From assembly GCF_009914755.1 (NCBI RefSeq), contig NC_060928.1: a stretch of 64,000 bases of DNA; one strand, 5' to 3'. The notes below the pieces were generated by a model. The model saw only the letters and a program-made list of their open reading frames with translations, was not told where the DNA came from and made no database searches. Position 1 is the stretch's first letter. The number at the start of each line of letters is the position of its first letter. The stretch comes from the human T2T-CHM13v2.0 reference genome, Homo sapiens. This document shows, one piece after another, positions 1-14,320 of the stretch. Made by a program: the position numbers and the translations under genes.

Positions 1-904
1 TAACACATGTCTATAATGTTTGAATGATTCACGGTGAACCAGAATTCTTATGATAATTAGAAAAATAAAACTTATCTTCAAGTAAAAGCTTTTTCCACTT
101 TAGCCACATTAATTGCCAGTTATTTTAAAATTATTTTTAGAAATGAAAAATCAGAAAATATTTCACATCCACCCCTCCTTCCATCCATAATACTGGAATC
201 TGGTGATAAAAATTAAAGTAATGGCCCTGGAATCATTCAATTTGATCCCAATTTGCACTTTAAGATACAAGATTAAAATAGTAATTTAATAATTTAAAAA
301 TTGATGTTGTCAATTCTACATATATTAAAGAAAATTTTTTTTAATTAGGGGAAAAATCTTTTCTTATACAATTTCTGTACTGAAGGCTTAAAGGGATATT
401 TGTTTGAGGGAAAATAGCTCAGAAACCAATTGGATAAAACAAAGGACAAAGAAGTAATTGGATATTGGGATAGTGTATGGAAAAACCTAGTGCCTGGCGT
501 ATCAGTGCTGAGCTTAGGAAAGCTTTGTTGTTGTTATTTTAATAAACTTAACCACAGATTGCCTAAGGTCACAAGACACGGGATATTTTAAGTGTCAGTT
601 TCGGAATGTGTATGTGTGAATTAGATAAGGGGATGGAAAGAGGCTCAAAGGGAGAAGGAGAGAAAGAAAGAGAAGGAGAGCTAGAAGGAGATGTGGATGG
701 GTAAGAACCAGAGCGAGCTATGGAGAGAGAAATGTCCTTACTTCTCAGAGTTGACTCCTGCTCCTGCCCCTGGATTCGGCTTCAAGGTTAGAGAAAGTTA
801 ACTCTGAGAAAACCTAGAATGTGAAAAATGACTTTTAAAAATTATCAAAGATAAAAATTTTGAGGGAAAAGGAAAATGAATTTATTTACTGATCAGCTTA
901 CTTA

Positions 905-1123
905 ACTTACTTATTTACTTGAGATGGGGTATCACTCTGTCATCCAGGCTGGAGTGCAGTGGTGAGATCACGGCTCACTTGCAACCTCAAGTACCGTGAC
1001 TCAAGCCATGCTCCCACCTCAGACTCCTGAGTAGCTGGGACTACAGGCACCACCATGCCCAGCTAATTTTTCTTTTTTTAAATTTTCATTTTGTAGAGAT
1101 GGGGGTCTTCCTATGTTGCCCAA
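905..1123 (-). mobile_element. AluJ-type, 5'-truncated (right arm plus part of left arm)
   Basis: Antisense Alu: GAGATGGGG..CCAGGCTGGAGTGCAGTGG..GAGTAGCTGGGACTACAGG..TGTAGAGATGGGGGTC..TATGTTGCCCA; heavily diverged. Confidence 0.85.
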
Positions 1124-1301
1124 GCTTATTCATTTATTTTTAATTGAAGATAAAATAACAGAAAAGTATCTTCATTCTACAGCCTCAAAGAATCAGAGAG
1201 ATGGAAGAGCACTGGTAGGTTTTCAAATCCAAACTTCCATCCATTAAAAACTGCTTCCATAATATTTTTGGTCATCACATTTCTGTTTAAGAATTACTTG
1301 A

Positions 1302-1615
<314 letters not shown>

Positions 1616-1896
1616 TTTACTTGAAGCAGGGAGCTCATTTTTAAAAATTTTTATTTTTAGACAGAATGTTGCAGGGCATACCATGGACTTGCCCTGGAGA
1701 AAGAATTGTGCGTTTTCCAATCTCTGACATCAACTAGCAGAATGAATTCTGGCAAATCATTTAAACTCTCGAAGCTTTATTTTTCTCATCTGTAGCCTGT
1801 TTTACTAAGCAGTTAGGTTCAGAGGCTACCACAGTCCTGTATACCTTTAAAAGACAATGTGAAGTCCAGTTCTGTGGTTTCATTTGGGGTAGAAAT

Positions 1897-2137
1897 GTAG
1901 TAAAACACAGCCAGCATAAGTTTTAGAGTGAGTAAACCTGGGTGTGAATATTGACTTACATTTTCTGGTTGGGTGACCTTGGACAAATCACCTGATCTAC
2001 CATTTTAATTTCCCATATCTTTAAATTAGGGGTAATAATACCTACCTTGGAGACTTGTTCTGGGTGTTTAAGGAAATCATGCTTTTGAAAGATTTAGCAT
2101 TGTATTGGGCACATGGTAGACATGCAACAAATATTAA
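1897..2137 (+). mobile_element. MIR
   Basis: GGGTGACCTTGGACAAATCAC, GGGGTAATAATACCTACCT, GGCACATGGTAG MIR core and 3' motifs. Confidence 0.7.
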
Positions 2138-2662
2138 TTTTCTCTTCTCCTACTTCCATTTAAAACAGGATTAAAATGTGGATTCAATTGAAGCAAAAGT
2201 GCATTTTTACTAGATTTGGGAAAAACTCTTAAAATACAGATTTAATGACTGGCATTAAGTGGGTATATTTTGTTAAAAGGCATTTGGACAATGCTGCCGG
2301 GATCCAGAAACACTAGATTACATTGGTAATTCTTCTTATCATTATTTCAATATAGAACATTTAAAATATATAGTTGTGCTAAAACATGAACTTATGTAAA
2401 GTCTTTACCATTGTCTTTTGAAAGTATCCTTCTCTATGAGCCTCTCTTTCACTGAAGTTCTTGAGAAAAGAAATTCTTAATTCATCTCTGTGCCCCCAGC
2501 ACAAAGGCATGGTGCCAGGCATATGGTAGGCATCATTAAATATTTTATTATTCTAATCATATTCTAAATGCTATTAGAATAGACTTTACAATTTTAAAAA
2601 CTTTAGGAAGAATAAGTAATTACCCTATACCGAAACCCATTAACAGAACGTAGAAATTATCA

Positions 2663-2967
2663 TTTTTTTTTCTTTTTCTTTTTTTTTTTTTTTTTTGAGA
2701 CGGCGTCTCGCTCTGTCGTCCGGGCTAGAGCGTAGTGGCGCAATCTCAGCTCACTGCAAGCTCCGCCTCCCAGGTTCACGCCATTCTCCTGCCTCAGCCT
2801 CCAGAGTGTAGGCGCCCGCCACCACGCCCGGCTAATTTTTTGTATTTTTAGTAGAGACGGGGTTTCACCGTGTTAGCCAGGATAGTCTCAATCTTCTGAC
2901 CTCGTGATCCGCCCGCCTCGGCCTCCCAAAGTGCTGGGATTACAGGTGTGAGCCACTGTGCCCAGCC
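2663..2967 (-). mobile_element. AluY with a small internal deletion
   Basis: Y diagnostics (CAAGCTCCGCC, TTCACGCCATTC, CCGTGTTAGCCAGGAT, GACCTCGTGATCC); AGCTGGGACT segment missing near 2807; TSD A(G/C)AAATTAT(C/T)ATTT. Confidence 0.95.
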
Positions 2968-4874
2968 ACAAATTATTATTTCAGATCAGGAATGTGGAGT
3001 CCAGCAAGATCACTAGATTTGCCAAAGCTCAAAAAAATACATCCTAACAAAGTGAAACCTGGTGGCTCAGCAACCAACCAGGCCACTCAACTTTTCTTCT
3101 CTTCAAGGTCCTCGTAATTCAGCATAGAACACCAAAAATTTACACAAGGAAATAAAGGAATTCAAATGCAGGCTACATAAGGAATTAATACAGCTCTAGG
3201 TGTACTATAAATAAAGAGACCAAGCAAACACGAATTACGCAGGAGTGGCAAGGGAGGACTAGAAGAAAGAAAAGCATTTGAGATGACCGTTTTGCAAACT
3301 AAACTACAAAACAGAGTGAATTGAGCAAAAGAATAAGAAAAAGCCACTCAGAAACACATAGAAGGAGAAAGGAAGATAGGAAAAAGTGTAACAGAGGAAA
3401 GGACTCAGTGCTTTTGGAGAAGCAAAAGAGTATATGGGGTGAAATGTTAAGGTGGCATTTGTGTCCCATGCAACCTTCCTGGGAACCTCCTCCAGAGTTA
3501 TACCGCACTATACTGAGCACGGAATTCATTCAGAGATTCCAGACCTCTGAGATATATGCTTTCGTACCCATGTCACATTTGTACATTGCTTGTCAAAATT
3601 CTTCCATAGGGTTGTGATGAATGAGAATGTAGAGCTAAATATAAATAACCGCATAACACTGCTCATTACATTAAAAAGGAATTTCAGTGCAACATTCAAA
3701 ACCAAAGGAACTACATTGGCAAATTAAAAAAAAAATCTGTAAAATTAGGAAATTTGGCTGCCTTAAAGAAAAATGATAAAAATTAACTTTCTGTGAATTT
3801 CCGTATTTCCGTGGGACCAGGCTGACAACTATATCTTTTGTGGACACATGGCCAAATTAATTCCTTGGTAAGCAATCTTTAAATCCTCATTGAGAAAGAA
3901 ATAAATTCCTAATCATCGAGAAAGAAGAAATAAATGTGGGAAGTAATAAGTTTGGGGGTAATTACCACTTTTTTCATATTAAAAGATTTCAAGATTATCC
4001 AGATGTTTGCACAGTTCCCCAGAGAAAACTGAAGGCCATTTCCTGTCAGGATGGAAGGAATTATGTAGTGTATATGCAACATTTATTCTGTCATTAAAAA
4101 AAAAAATCTCATAAGTTTATTCAAATAACCATGAAACGTTATTAATTCTTGGAAGATAGGAGAAGCCACTTGGGGCCTTTTGTAGTTAATTTATTCCACA
4201 CAGAAGACTCCATTCAGGATTTACCTGACTTCTCTGTGTAGCCCTTTCATGTCTCTCAGGGCAACTTTATCTAGATGGGACTTCAGTTGATCTAATCCAA
4301 CTGGTCTACACCAACAGTGTGGAGGGTTTGATTCAGATACAAACTGGAGCCCTCTGTTAGAGCAGTTCGATGAAGTCAGAAGGAAAATGAGGTGACATAC
4401 AAAGAATGAAACTCAAATTTCACCACAAATTTTAACTGCTTTAAAGAAGTTTAGACAATAACTTTATTTTGCAAGCCTATCTTTATGCTTGTTTTTAAGC
4501 ACTGCTTCCAACAATGTATTTGGAATAGTTGTAAAGGCTGTCGCATGACCCCTTTTCCCTCCTCACCTCATTAGATTTTAATGAAGTGATAATAGGAGGA
4601 AAAGATTGCACTCCAGTTTGAGGCAGAAGGTTCTTCAAGAACCCTGCCTCAGTGAGGACTGGAATTTGAATAGAAGAGTGAAATTAAAGAAACGTGAGCT
4701 GCATATTTCTATGGAGAGAGTGTAAGTCTCCCAGATTTAACACAACTGTAATACATTTTTTTACATTTACATCGAACATTTTATAGCTTATTTGTTACAG
4801 TTTTGAAAATCTATTCTCATAATTTCTGTGGTTTGATCTGATATAAGAATGTAATGTTGGAAAAGATAATATTA

Positions 4875-5174
<300 letters not shown>

Positions 5175-5528
5175 GAAGTGTTAAAATCCAAGCAAGTATA
5201 TGGACACAGTCTCAGGAGATTGTGAGGTAACTTGATTCTGCTCACACAGCTCAGGGTTTGTGGAGCTCATCTAGCACCTCGTTGATGCCTGGCATAGGGG
5301 TATGTTTGCTCTCTTGCTTATTTAGAGAAAGGTTCCATACAGAGTGGTATTTTCTAAAATTCTCTACATGGTGCCCTGCACATAGTAATAATTATTGAAA
5401 GAGTGACATGATTAGAGAGAGCTGGGTGATAGAAAGTATGTGGACTTCCCTGGAAGAAAACAGATGGGGCATGGTGTGGTAGAGGTGTGGGGGGATAGCC
5501 CTTATGGACCATTTAACAAAGTCATCAT

Positions 5529-6288
5529 TGAAATGGGAGAGTTCCCTGACCCCCCTTGCAGCACATGCGACAGGGGTGTGGCTTGTGTGTGGCCGCCATG
5601 TGCTCAAACCCCTTATGGGAGGAGGAGCATGCAGATGGGCAGGTGCAGGAGCCAGGGCAAGTTCTTTTTGGGCTCTGGCCCCATGGTTGTGTCTAGGGGT
5701 GCATGTCTGTGACTCCTGAAGCCTAGGTGGGGACCGGTTACAGTGTGCTATTTTAGCCTTGCTGTCCACAGACAGCTTAAGTGTTAGACAGCTCAGTGGA
5801 CCCTCTTGGTACCCAAGTCCTTGTCTGGCATCCAGAAAAAATTAGGTCATACATGGACTTGAAGGATGAATGTAGGGGTTTTATTGAGTGGTGGAGGTGG
5901 CTCTCAGCAGGATGGATGGGGAGCTGGAAGGGGGATGGAGTAGGAAGATGATCTTCCCCTGGAGTTTGGCTGTCCCACAGCCGATCCCCTCTCTTATCAC
6001 CCCCAGCTGAATTCCTCTCAACATTCAAACGTTCCTTCTCTTCTCTCTGCCGCACTATTCTGCTGGTCTTTTGCTTTTCTGTTTGTCTCCTCATCTTCTT
6101 CTGGAGCCTGGGGTCTGGGGTTTATATGAGTACAGGAAGGGGGTGTGGCAGGCCAAAAGGCAACTTTTGGGTGTGAAAACAAGAATGCCTATTCTTATTC
6201 AGGGCTGTGGGATTCCAGGCTTGAGGATGGGGCCTTTGCTGGAGAACCGCCCTTCTACCCAGTATTTCCCTGTCTCTTGTCCATGTCA
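5529..6288 (-). mobile_element. Solo ERV1 LTR, LTR1 family (HUERS-P2-type)
   Basis: TG...CA ends, 760 bp; the minus strand begins TGACATGGACAAGAGACAGGGAAATACTGGGTAGAAG as in LTR1; 4-bp TSD TCAT/ACAT. Confidence 0.8.
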
Positions 6289-8469
6289 ACATTATTTAAG
6301 TTCTTGCCTTGAGTGAGGGCCAGTTTTGCAGTCCAGATAGTTAGGATGTTTATTGCATTTGGTGCTTGTAAAAGTGCTGTGAAATAAGTATTGTACCTTC
6401 ATTTTAAAGATGAGGAAAGAGGGTAAATAGGTGTCTCTGAGACTCTAGGGCAGGCATCTCTGGCATGAAAACCTAAGCTCTGTCTCCTGAGACCTAGAAT
6501 TTCCCTCAAAGAGATTGACTTCAGCAGAGTAAAAGGAATTTAATGAGAAAATAGAGAAAAGTACTAGAAATGCCTACGTGCCCAATATATCCACTCCTCA
6601 CTGAGCATAATTCCTGCCCCCAAACTATGGTATTAGTAAGTTTCCTTCTTGTATTCCACTTTGGAATTTGATGGAGAAGGAGAAAGTGTAAGAATAGAAA
6701 TGCACCCAATTTACAAGTGGGAGAAAAGGATAAAAGCTGAAAATGACTGAAGCCTTTCCCTATGTCAGTGAGCAAGTGGGAAGGATTAAAGGAAGGATTT
6801 CTGGTCTGTGGTTTCTGTCACTTTTAAAACAAGTAGCAATACTATTCTTCTCATTTATAAATAATATAAATAAGGTGTGACACTAGAAAAGTCACATTAA
6901 TGACATTTCAAGAATACCTCCATCCCCTTGGAGACACATTGGTTTGAAACAATATATGTCTTGATTGCACAAAATAAGTTCAGTGCCTTCAGATATGTAA
7001 ATATTTGTACTTGAAGTAAAAATAAAAGAAAAAGAAAATGGAGGGAATTGTATGTAAAGTCAACTGAATTCTTAAAAATATAAGATGTTTTAATCTATAT
7101 TTGTGTTCTCCTATAAATTCTGTGGGGGGGGAAGGTGGTCCCTGGAAAAAAAAACAGTAAAACCAAATCATTTACGGTTTACCTAATGTTGACCCACTTC
7201 ACAAAATAGTAGCTTCTAAAAATAGTACATGGAAGTTATACGCATTTCAGATTGAATAAAATTGTAGAATGATTCCACCAGCACTTGACCCCACAAACCT
7301 TAATTTCCCATAGAGTTGGCTTTCCATACCTTCCCATTTTTCCTTTCCTGCCTCTGGTTGCTTACCTGCCCCTCCTCTGTTTCCAGGGCCTGGGGTCTGG
7401 GTTTGTCTTGGCATTGTGTGGCAGAGGTCAAAGGGCATCAGAATTGAGAGAATTCTACATGAATAAACCATGATGCTATGTCAGTACAAACTTAGTTGCA
7501 ATATTATTTCAGTGTGAATATAATTTTTATATATTTATGAATCAAGCAACACACAACATCATACTAGTTTTATTTTTATTACTTATTATTTCTCATTCCC
7601 AAGACCTGGATCCATCAATGCAGTGTTAATGTTTATGCTAACTTTAAAACTAACCTGTGGAATATACCTATAGAGTTGTAAAATTATTTTCTAAGAAATG
7701 ATTTAATCATGGGAAGAGAGAATAATGTTTTGTTCCTTATTTTAGTGCTGTTTTTCAAAGAACTGTGTAGTAGATTTGGTATTCTATGTTTGCTATGTAG
7801 ATTACTAAATAACATTTTTAACTAAATACAACTTTGGGATATCTGTATACTTTTACATTATCATATATCATATAGTTTTAGTTATTCTTTTATTTTATGG
7901 CTTCCCTAAAAGCAAAAGGTATATGTGAATAATTAAAGATATATGAAATGATTATAACTTTAATTTAATTTTTAAGTTACTGAAAACGAAGTACACTGTA
8001 GGGCCAAAATAAATATTGTCCCTATGATTCCCATTTGATGTGTTAAATGACTTATTCATTGTCTATGATGCCATAAGATCCATGGGATGTTATTCATGTT
8101 ACTCATTGGTTGTTGGTTTCATGTGACCAGATACTTTACAGGATGGAAACTCATACATGGTTTCCTTGGTAGCCATTGTAATAGATGTAATCATGATGAC
8201 TCATTTTGCAACTGTGCAGCTGTAATAAGTAATTCCATGGGGATCCTAATGCAATTCAGTAATAATTAAAGTCCACTAAGCAGAAAAACTTTCTGGCAAT
8301 GTCAGAATACAGAGAGGCTAGTTGTCCATCATGGGTTTAAATAAAGCATGATGTACAAATGCAGAGAAAGCCTGTGTGTAGGTCTTAGGAAGAGAAAGGC
8401 AAAAGGAGCAGCATTATCTTAAATCTTTTTTCAGAAGTTTGCTTAGTTGATTTTCACATGGAAAATAAT

Positions 8470-8700
8470 AGTAATAACAACTGCCATAATATATTGACCA
8501 CTTATGTGCCAAAGTGCTTTACGTAATTATTGAATTTCTGGGGCAACCATGAGACAAAAGTATTATGGTGCTCATTTTAGAAAAGATAGGGAAATGATGC
8601 ACAGAGAGGTTAATCAGTTTGCCTACCGTCCCATTCTTAGTGAGAAGGAGAGCTGACATGGAAAAATTAGGCTGTCTGAACCCAAAGTCTTCTTTGTCTC
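8470..8700 (-). mobile_element. MIR
   Basis: CTCATTTTAGA..GATGCACAGAGAGGTTAATCAGTTTGCC..GGCTGTCTGAACCCAAAG. Confidence 0.65.
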
Positions 8701-9283
8701 AAAAAGCCATATTTCCACTGAAGATCACGATTTCCTAGTGTATGTCTAGCCCTAATTCAGAAAACTCTCTGCTTCTAAATACTTTGGGACATTTCTTCAT
8801 GACTTTTGAACACTTGATGAAAAACTCAGGTTGCTATTATTCAAAAATGATTACAAGCACACAGGCTATTTCCATTTGCCTTAAAAAATCACATTTGTTC
8901 TCATCAGACAAAGTTAGAGCCAATAAGGGATATGATTTTAAAAGCACCAAAATGACCTTCTGTCAAAAGAAATACATGCATATATACCTGTCCACCAAAA
9001 TTAAAATACTATCTTACAGCATTTCTTTACTTCCTACTAAAAAATACATTTTATTTGCAGAGTTTCAAGGACAGTGAGGAGTGGTGGTGGAGGATTAGGC
9101 TGGGGGTTGAAACTGGGGAGGTGTAGTGTTGGAGAAGTGAGATGGAACCCCAGGCTTTAAGGCTGATGCTATTATTTGTGAATCATTGTGTTTAATTCTG
9201 TCTCTCCAGCATCTAACCCAGTGCCTGGCACACTGCTTTTGGCCCATTATTGTTTGATGAGTTGAGTAAGAGGACTTTCAGGG

Positions 9284-9348
9284 GTGTGTGTGTATGTGCA
9301 TGTTCATGAGTGTGTGTGCACATGTGTGTGTGTGTGTGTTTGTGTGTG
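9284..9348. repeat. Imperfect (TG)n microsatellite
   Basis: Read directly from the sequence. Confidence 0.9.
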
Positions 9349-9951
9349 TTCCCATTAGAAAGAATTTTAGGAAAAGAAAGAAAAAGAATCTGAAGATTTT
9401 GGGTGATTGGATTAAGGATGGGAGCCAGCTGGTAGGACTTTCAGAACTGAGGGACGAGGTGGACTAAAGAGAGACTGAAAGTGCAGAATACAGATAATAG
9501 TATGATATAGTAATAGTAGAACATAAAGAAAAGACTCTGGAGTCTGAAGGTATCATGGGTATCCCTCCAATAATCATGAAACCTTGTGCAAATTATTTCC
9601 TCTAGGTCTCATTCCTCTTTTCCAAACTAGGGGTTGGTAATTCCATCCATCCATTCGTCCGTCCATCCACCTATCTATCTGTACATCCATCCAATTATTT
9701 AGAGAGTAGCTCTAGAGATAAATGAGATAATGTGTATAAAATACTTAGTATACTATAAGCAATATAGAAAGAATTCAAAAATAAAAATGACTTTAAAATC
9801 TTAATCCTCACCACATCCCTCTGTGATGTAGGTATTATTATCTCCATTTAACAAAGTAACTAATGCTTAGAAAGAATGACTAACTTTCTCAATATCACAT
9901 AACTAATAAGTGATGATGGTTTTGTCCTTGGCTCTTAATTACCCTACTATA

Positions 9952-10097
9952 TTGATTATTTATTTATTTATTTTTAATTTTTTCAGCTTTTATTTTAGGT
10001 TCAGGAGGTCCTTGTGCAGATTTGTTACATGGGTAAAATGCATGTCCCTGGGGTTGTGTGTACAAATGATTTTGTTACCCAGGGAGTGAGCATAGTA
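9952..10097 (-). mobile_element. L1PA (older, PA13-16-like) 3' end fragment
   Basis: T-rich tail followed by TTTTATTTTAGGTTCAGG..GTGCAGATTTGTTACATGGGTAAAATGCATGT..GTGAGCATAGTA. Confidence 0.85.
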
Positions 10098-10195
10098 GTC
10101 TACTGACACTATCAGACTCATTCATTCATATAGGTTTATTTAGACTGGTAGAAGTTGGCAAAAGTAAATTTCAAATTTAGGACTAGACTCTTCCT

Positions 10196-10241
10196 CAGGT
10201 TCCTATTTTTGGCTTTTGCAGGTTCCTATTTTTGGCTTTTG
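10196..10241. repeat. Perfect 23-bp tandem duplication
   Basis: CAGGTTCCTATTTTTGGCTTTTG x2. Confidence 0.97.
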
Positions 10242-12884
10242 CATATTACTATTGCATTGCTGTAAATTCTCCACTTGCATTTCCTTAGTACAGGGCAGGT
10301 GGAAAGAGGCTTGGACCTTGGCAAGAAACGGCCTCCTTACCAGCCCCACATTATATGAATTTCTCTCCGTGCTTGCCAAGACATTGGTTGCTCCTTTGCT
10401 GTATTTGAGGCAGTTTAGTTTAATTTTTCATTATGACAGGTTTTCGTCTCCAATTCTTTATTTAGAGCATAGTTCTCAAAACTTTTTCATTCTGTAATCC
10501 CTTTGAGGGTTTCCACAACCCTCAAACATACCTTGAACTACTTTGCTATCAAAATAAAAGTGTGGAAGAATAATTCAGCTGTTGGGAGGAGACACCGGTG
10601 ATGTTTTTTACTTTCCTTGACCCTGAAGAAGGAAGGAAAGCACTCAGCACTCAGGGGAAGGTGGGAAGTGAAGAGAATTCAGGGTGGACTGGTAGTCTGG
10701 CCTCATAGTCAGAGAAAAAGATGCAGAGGAAGAGGTTTCCTGAGAATCTAAAGCCGCTCTTACCTACCATATGTTAGAAGTGTCGCAGCTCTGATCCTGT
10801 GAGTCCCTCAGAATATCCCTGGGGAAACACGACATCCTCTTGGAGAATATTGATTTGAAACAAACAGCTTTTTCTTCTTTTGTTCCCATTCTCTGCCTTC
10901 CATCTCAAAAACCTTCCCTTTCCACCATTTTCCCTACTCCTCTCTTCCCTCTGGATTCTCTCCACTTTTTGTCTTCACCCACTCCTGTTTGGAGGAGTCT
11001 AGTGATTTGATCTACTTTTCTTTGATGTCTCAAGTGGTCTTACTTCCTCATAACCCCATTGACTCCTTGCCCTCTGACACAGAAAGCCTCAGATCCCAGT
11101 TGAGCTTTTGTCTTTCACACCAAATGCAGATGAATAACACTGGGATTTTTGCCTTTTACTGGTGAGCAAATCCGAGCTGGCTTTCCCTTTAACTTGCTCC
11201 TCTTTTTTCGTACCTGGTTTTCCTGAATTGACCAAGTTGCAGCTATTTTTCTCTTTAACTTCCCCCTTCAGTTTCAGCGAAAATAAACTACTTCCTGACT
11301 TCAACCCCTGGCAGGAGGGTGATGTTATACTGAGTGAGTAACTTAACTACAGAGTTAGAGGAAGTGAACTCTCAGCATTGTTTGCCTATTGGGTAACATT
11401 TGTTTTTTTCTTTGGGATGAAGGACTTCTTGACTTTTAAGGACATTGGGCTTGAGTTTTGCCCTCACATAAAGATTGTGTGTGGTCATTGAAAGTTCGAC
11501 TGCCACCAAGACTATACATGTTTGCGGCTGGCTCCCTGCCATTTGTTCATTCCGACAGCCTCCCTGAAGTCTGGTTCTCATCTGGTCCTTCCTAAGGCCA
11601 TTTGCTTTGTGATATATCACTGGGATTTCTGTCATCACTTACTTTATAGTTTCCTATTCTAGCAGCAGCAACAGGCTCCTATTTAGTGACTCTGTATCAT
11701 AATGAATCCACGTTACATCAAGTTTACTGTCTTTCTGTGTCTTTGTATAATTTTAAATAGATCTCCCTGCTTATTTAGAAACTCTGTGGATTTGCCACAT
11801 CCTCTATTTCCATCTACTCGTGTTGACTACTTAAATACTGTCATTTGGTACCACATTTTTCTTCTCTCCTTATGCAATGAATACTTATTATGTCTCTCAT
11901 ACTCTGTCTAATCAATCCATCCTCCTTTTCCTTTCTGGGAACAAGACTAAAATTATTTCTTCTCCTTCAAACTTAACTTTGATCTTCCTGGGACAAAAGA
12001 AATGTGTGATATGAGGAACTTCTTATTCTTTGCCCAACAGGTAATCTTTTATACATTCCTCCTTCTTTCTCCCTTAGGTCATTTTTTTTCTCTTCCTTTT
12101 TCCTTCAGAATAATTCTGCCCAGCAATTTCTATCCTCATATGTGCATATTAATCTTACAACTTAATATAACATGAAATATAGTTCATTGTATTTAATATG
12201 TAACTTTAAAATCTAATTTTTAGTGACAAATGCTGAGAAATTCACTAAATAGTGCATCAAAATCAGCCTTAAAAAATAAGAACACAGTTTACCATCTTAT
12301 ATATTATTTCCACTCATTTTCCACTCACTGAGTTGTTCTTAAAAATGATCAATAAGCCAAGATTCTAGCTGACTTTTTTGGCATAAACCACTACCTGGGT
12401 GGATAGATGATATTTTCTCTAAAATATCAAACCAATACATTATGAAGTGTACCTGGATGTTCTTTAACAGATTGGCTTAGATATAGAGTACACAAATCAC
12501 TGGTTTCGCTTTTCATTCCTGAGATGGTGCAGATTCTTTCTTCTGCTCTTACAAGATTACACTAAATGTGCTGCTTACTCTGTCACCACAAAGAGTTTTC
12601 CAATCAAGGGCAGTTCATGGGGACTTACTGATCCCTCCATAATACCTGAAGTGATAGCAGAAACAGTAGATGTTAAATAAACTTAATAAACATGTTTTGG
12701 AAGTTACCTGTTTGCATTTCCCCATGATAGCTGGCTTTAAAATACAGAAAACAAAAAAAGAAAAATAAGCTCCAAATTTCCGCAGAGTTTATCAATCTTT
12801 CTAACAGGTTTTTTTCTCTTTTGTTCTGAATTCATTTTATCATGGCCTTTATCAATTCTCCAAAGCAATGATCACCCTTGGGGA

Positions 12885-13100
12885 AGAAGTATGGAGGAGT
12901 GGAAAGAGCTTAGATTTGAAGTCAGGTGGATTGAGGTTACAGCCTCACATCCGTGTCTGCATAAGTGATTTCGTCTCTCTGGGCCTCTCATCCAAAATGG
13001 GACTAACAATTCCTAACTTTCCATCAGGTTTTAGAACTGAAGATAATGTGTAAAAACACCTAACAGTGTCTGGAAATGAAGGGTATAAATAAAATATTAT
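12885..13100 (+). mobile_element. MIR
   Basis: GTGGAAAGAGC..TTTGAAGTCAG..CTCTGGGCCTC..AAAATGGGACTAACAAT. Confidence 0.6.
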
Positions 13101-13571
13101 GGTGGCTTATTGAGTTGTATTATTTGTTTTATCATGAACTGATACCTACATCAACTTTACAAGTTGAGGCAGAGGCAGACCTCTTTGGTATAATTTCTGA
13201 GATACTGGAAAAGTCTGGAAAATGCTCCAAAACCCTCTCACATACTGATCTGATGTTTCTATTCCCACCTTCAGTGTGTTCTTTCTGTAAAGTTTAGCTC
13301 ATTGTTAAGATGTAAACACCATGCGAATTAATACTTTAAGTTTTACCAACAGCCACCCTTTGATGTGAATGGACTTATCAGAGATCTTTTTAGTGGGATT
13401 TGATTGGGAAAAAGTGAAAGAGACAAGTTTAAGGTACTGGAATTCTGGGGCCTGAGGGATTAGGGAATATATGGAGGCATGATGAAAAGTTCAGTGCGTT
13501 AGGGGACAAAGGGTACAAAGGCTGCTTTTGAGGTCTCTTCACATTTGGCCTCTGAATCAGGGTAATAGTCT

Positions 13572-14159
13572 TGTAAAAAGCAAAGTAGAGGTTCCTCTTC
13601 AAAGACTATCCTCCCCATCTAATTAGGAATAAATAGTAACTTCTCTTAGAAGCAAAACTTATTCAAAGACCTGTGCTAACATTCTTAAATATCTGCTAGC
13701 CGTAATTAAAAAAATCAATGTACTTTATGTTCTTAACTCCCATAACTTAGCCTAAGTATTTGCCCTAGCATGCTTATACTGGTCCAAGCAAGCATTAGGT
13801 CATAGCCTGTTCCTCTTGCTTATTTAAAGGTGTTTTTATGTTTCACAGCATTCCACAAGTTACTTCTTCCTTCCTTTGTTCTCCTCTGCCTTTGCCTCTT
13901 TTAAAAAGTTCTAAGTTGCTAGCCAATCGGGACAAATACAGAATGTGAGGTCCCATTCCAGCCAATGGAAACCAGACAGCAGTAAGGTGGATGTGTCAGA
14001 TTATAAATGACCCTGTCTCCTTTGTTCAGTATACTCTCATGGCAAAACTGCTGGCAAGTGTACCCTTTCTGCAGAAAGTAAAAATGGCCTTGCTGAGGAA
14101 ATTAAATTTATGTTCAAGTGATACTTCTTTACGGCACCAAGGAACAAGCATTTCTAACA
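13572..14159 (+). mobile_element. Solo LTR10C-like (HERV-I group) LTR
   Basis: TGTAAAAAGCAAAGTAGAGGTTCCTCTTCAAAGAC...CAAGCATTTCTAACA, 588 bp; TSD GTCT/GTTT; two CCAAT boxes and TATAAA inside. Confidence 0.85.
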
Positions 14160-14320
14160 GTTTCAACCCTCTTTGCCCATCAGAATCACCCCAGAAGCTT
14201 TCAGACATATAATACCTAAGCCCCTCACCTCAGAAATTATATTTAATTGTTTGGTAGGGCATCTTTAGTGTTAAAAAGCCCTGCTTATAATTCAAATGTT
14301 TAGTCAAATTGAAAACCAAG
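14160..14320. mobile_element. MER5-type hAT-Charlie MITE remnant
   Basis: CATCAGAATCACC..GCTT..CCCCTCACCTCAGAAATT..TTGAAAACCA motifs typical of MER5A/B. Confidence 0.55.
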
